Assembly (NCBI GenBank): GCA_030265395.1
Contig: JARFYF010000074.1
Location: 75,673,830-75,737,829, forward strand
Source: Rhina ancylostomus
Taxonomy: Eukaryota
DNA length: 64,000 nucleotides
Direction: 5' to 3'
The notes under the pieces are model-generated. The model saw only the letters and a list, made by a program, of their open reading frames with translations, did not search any database and was not told the DNA's origin. Positions 61,871 to 64,000 of the stretch are shown here, piece by piece; the stretch's first letter is position 1, and each line of letters begins with the position of its first letter. A program made the position numbers and the translations under genes.

Positions 61871-62689
61871 TGCAGTTTGAACAGCTCACACTGAGCAAAT
61901 GACTCCCCCGTTTCTGGCCTTCTGAAATTTGTACTTTGGTCAAATATCCCAGTGGACTTTGTCAGCACAATGTTTTCACAGTGCAGAGCCTACTTTTAAA
62001 TCGTAGCTTGTAGTTAGTGGGTTTATGTAACTGTAACTCGCACGATGAGTGATTTTACTGAAATCATCCTACACAATCATGATATCACCGAACAAGCAAA
62101 TTAGCAGTTGGTGTTTATTTCTAAAATCTACCTCCCCATCAACCTGCACCTGAAAACGAAACCTAACACAAAGAGCAAAACTAACGCTGAAATCTAGTGT
62201 GATGTTAAAAGGTGACAAACTTGAAATCGACCGTTGGGGACATGGGGCAATTTCAATCAATTCAGACAGTGCTATCAAAGTGAAGGAGACTGCAGGTCTT
62301 GGAGAAAGGCAAGGTATCTAAGAGACCTGTTCATAATCTTCAGTATGGCCTGAGTCAGACAGATTGAACTAGACACCCTGAGGGAAGGTTGTGATGCCTT
62401 GAAAGGGCGATTTGAGGAAGATGAAGGTCCCATGTGTAATGCTCCCTAATGTTTAGATGGCCTGATATTGGCTCAGTACACCATGGTGCGGCAAGAAAGG
62501 CAGAGAACTTCAAAAAAATCAGCAGAGGAAAGGGAAACCCCAGTGTCTGTAGAAAGGCACAGTAAGGATTGCAGTGTGAAACAAAGTGTGTGCATGAATG
62601 CAAAAAGATGGAAAGCATTAAAATATTTAAGTTAGAAGTTGTAAGTAATACCTGGGAATGTTTTGTAACAAATGTATAATTTTGTGCAG

Positions 62690-63025
62690 GCAGGAATGTG
62701 GGCACCTTTAATTGCCCCTGATCAGAGTGGCTAGTTCGGCCATTTCAGAGGAAGCTGAAGATCAACCATGTTGCTCTGGGCTCGAGTCACATCGAGACCA
62801 GACTGGGTAATGATGGCAGATTTCCTCCTCTGAAGGACGTGTGAACAGGATGGGTTTTTACAACAATCCAGTAATTTTGTTGTTAAAATCTTCAAGGCTG
62901 ACTGCCATTTTTTGTTGAATACAGATCATTAACTGAATTAAAAATTCACAGCTCATCTCCATGGGATATCAACTGAGGTGTTTGGATTGTTAGTCCATCC
63001 CTCTGGGTTACCACTGCACTGTGAC
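62690..63025 (-). mobile_element. SINE type C (best-preserved copy)
   Basis: taattgcccctga tail; gagtggctagttcggccatttcagagg..caaccatgttgctctggg..gagtcacat..ggcagatttcctcctctgaaggac..gatgggtttttacaacaatcc. Confidence 0.8.
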
Positions 63026-63261
63026 TGTACTACTGATTTCATTACTGCAGTTGTTAATGGGTTGTTGGTCTATGTTAAGTTTTGGAAGTTGCAATTTATG
63101 TTGAGAAAGTAATTCGCTGCTACAAGATGTGAGATTTCTAAAGCCTATTGGAAAAGCCATTCACTGGGTTTAATCGTTGTCTGGCTATTATCCAAACTGT
63201 TAAGTCCGGTACATGTTGTAGGGTCAAAGAAGGAGAATTAGAAAACGAGTATGTTCATGTT

Positions 63262-64000
63262 TATAGAAACATAGAAGGGTAGCAATGCAGGAGGCCACTC
63301 AGCCCATCCTGTCTGCACTGCCTCTACCAGATCAACTCTCAAATTCCATTCATCCATCCTATCTCCGTAGCCTTGCAAATCTTTCTCCACCATATATTTA
63401 TACATTCTCCTCCTGAAGGCCTCATTGTAACCTGTCTCCATCACATCTGCAGGTAGTGTGTTCCAGATTCCAGCTACACAGTGGATAAGAAAGATTTTCC
63501 TCATTCCCCCACCGTTCTCTCCCCCTTTACTTTATATCTGTGGCCTCTTGTCCTCAACCTCTCCACTACTGGGAACAACTTCCCACTTTCCTCTCTGCCC
63601 AGAGCCCTCATCATTTTATTGAGTTATATCAAATCACCTCTCGCCTTCTCCAAAGAATAGTCCTGGCTTCTCTTACTGTGGTTCCTCATCTGAGGAACCA
63701 TTCTCATAAATGTTTTCTTGACTTTCTCAAAGTCTTCACAATACTCATGACTCCAGTTAAGGTTGGACCAGTGTTTTAACAGTGTTCAGTGAGACTATTC
63801 TGTGTTTATACTTTTTGCCTCTATTGATAAAGACCAGAATTGTGCAGGCTTTATTCAATGCTTTCTCAATCTGCCTGCCACTTAAAATGGCTTGTGCTTG
63901 TATATTCTCAGGTTGCTCTGTTAATTTTCGAACACCATCCTTTATTCTCTGTTGCCTCTCTTCATTCTTCCAACTGCAATGTAACACCTCATATTCGTCC
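63262..64000 (-). mobile_element. CR1 LINE 3' portion, running off the window
   Basis: ALNKACTILVFINRGKKYK..KTLVQP; CVAGIWNTLPADVME..DLQGYG; tail gggctgagtggcct..ttctatgtttctat. Confidence 0.88.

Noticed and set aside
1-64000. Prokaryote-type systems (CRISPR arrays, operons, defence islands)
   Set aside because: No regularly spaced repeat-spacer array or gene-dense region; the sequence is vertebrate non-coding DNA.

Overview
This is AT-rich, CpG-depleted vertebrate genomic DNA from a draft assembly with many N gaps. The repeat content points to a cartilaginous fish, probably a batoid (inference). I find no intact protein-coding gene, tRNA/rRNA gene or CRISPR array. The ORF track consists of retroelement fragments, gap-spanning artefacts and chance ORFs. 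The window looks intergenic or intronic and is built from layered, often nested transposon fossils: two CR1-group LINE families, Rex1/Babar, L2, probable RTE, three tRNA-derived SINE types (V-domain/HE1-like, Deu-domain-like, and a third tied to one LINE), Penelope-derived fold-back elements with decayed hammerhead ribozyme cores, a Gypsy LTR/PBS/gag remnant, and a Harbinger-type Myb/SANT gene remnant. Between these lie repeat-poor, motif-rich blocks that look like conserved non-coding elements. The most interesting signals are (1) small TSD-flanked fold-back elements carrying a minimal hammerhead, (2) a SINE that appears to share both its body and its tail with one LINE, and (3) one SINE head/V-domain joined to two different LINE tails. 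Family names come from remembered consensus motifs, not database searches, and boundaries are approximate.
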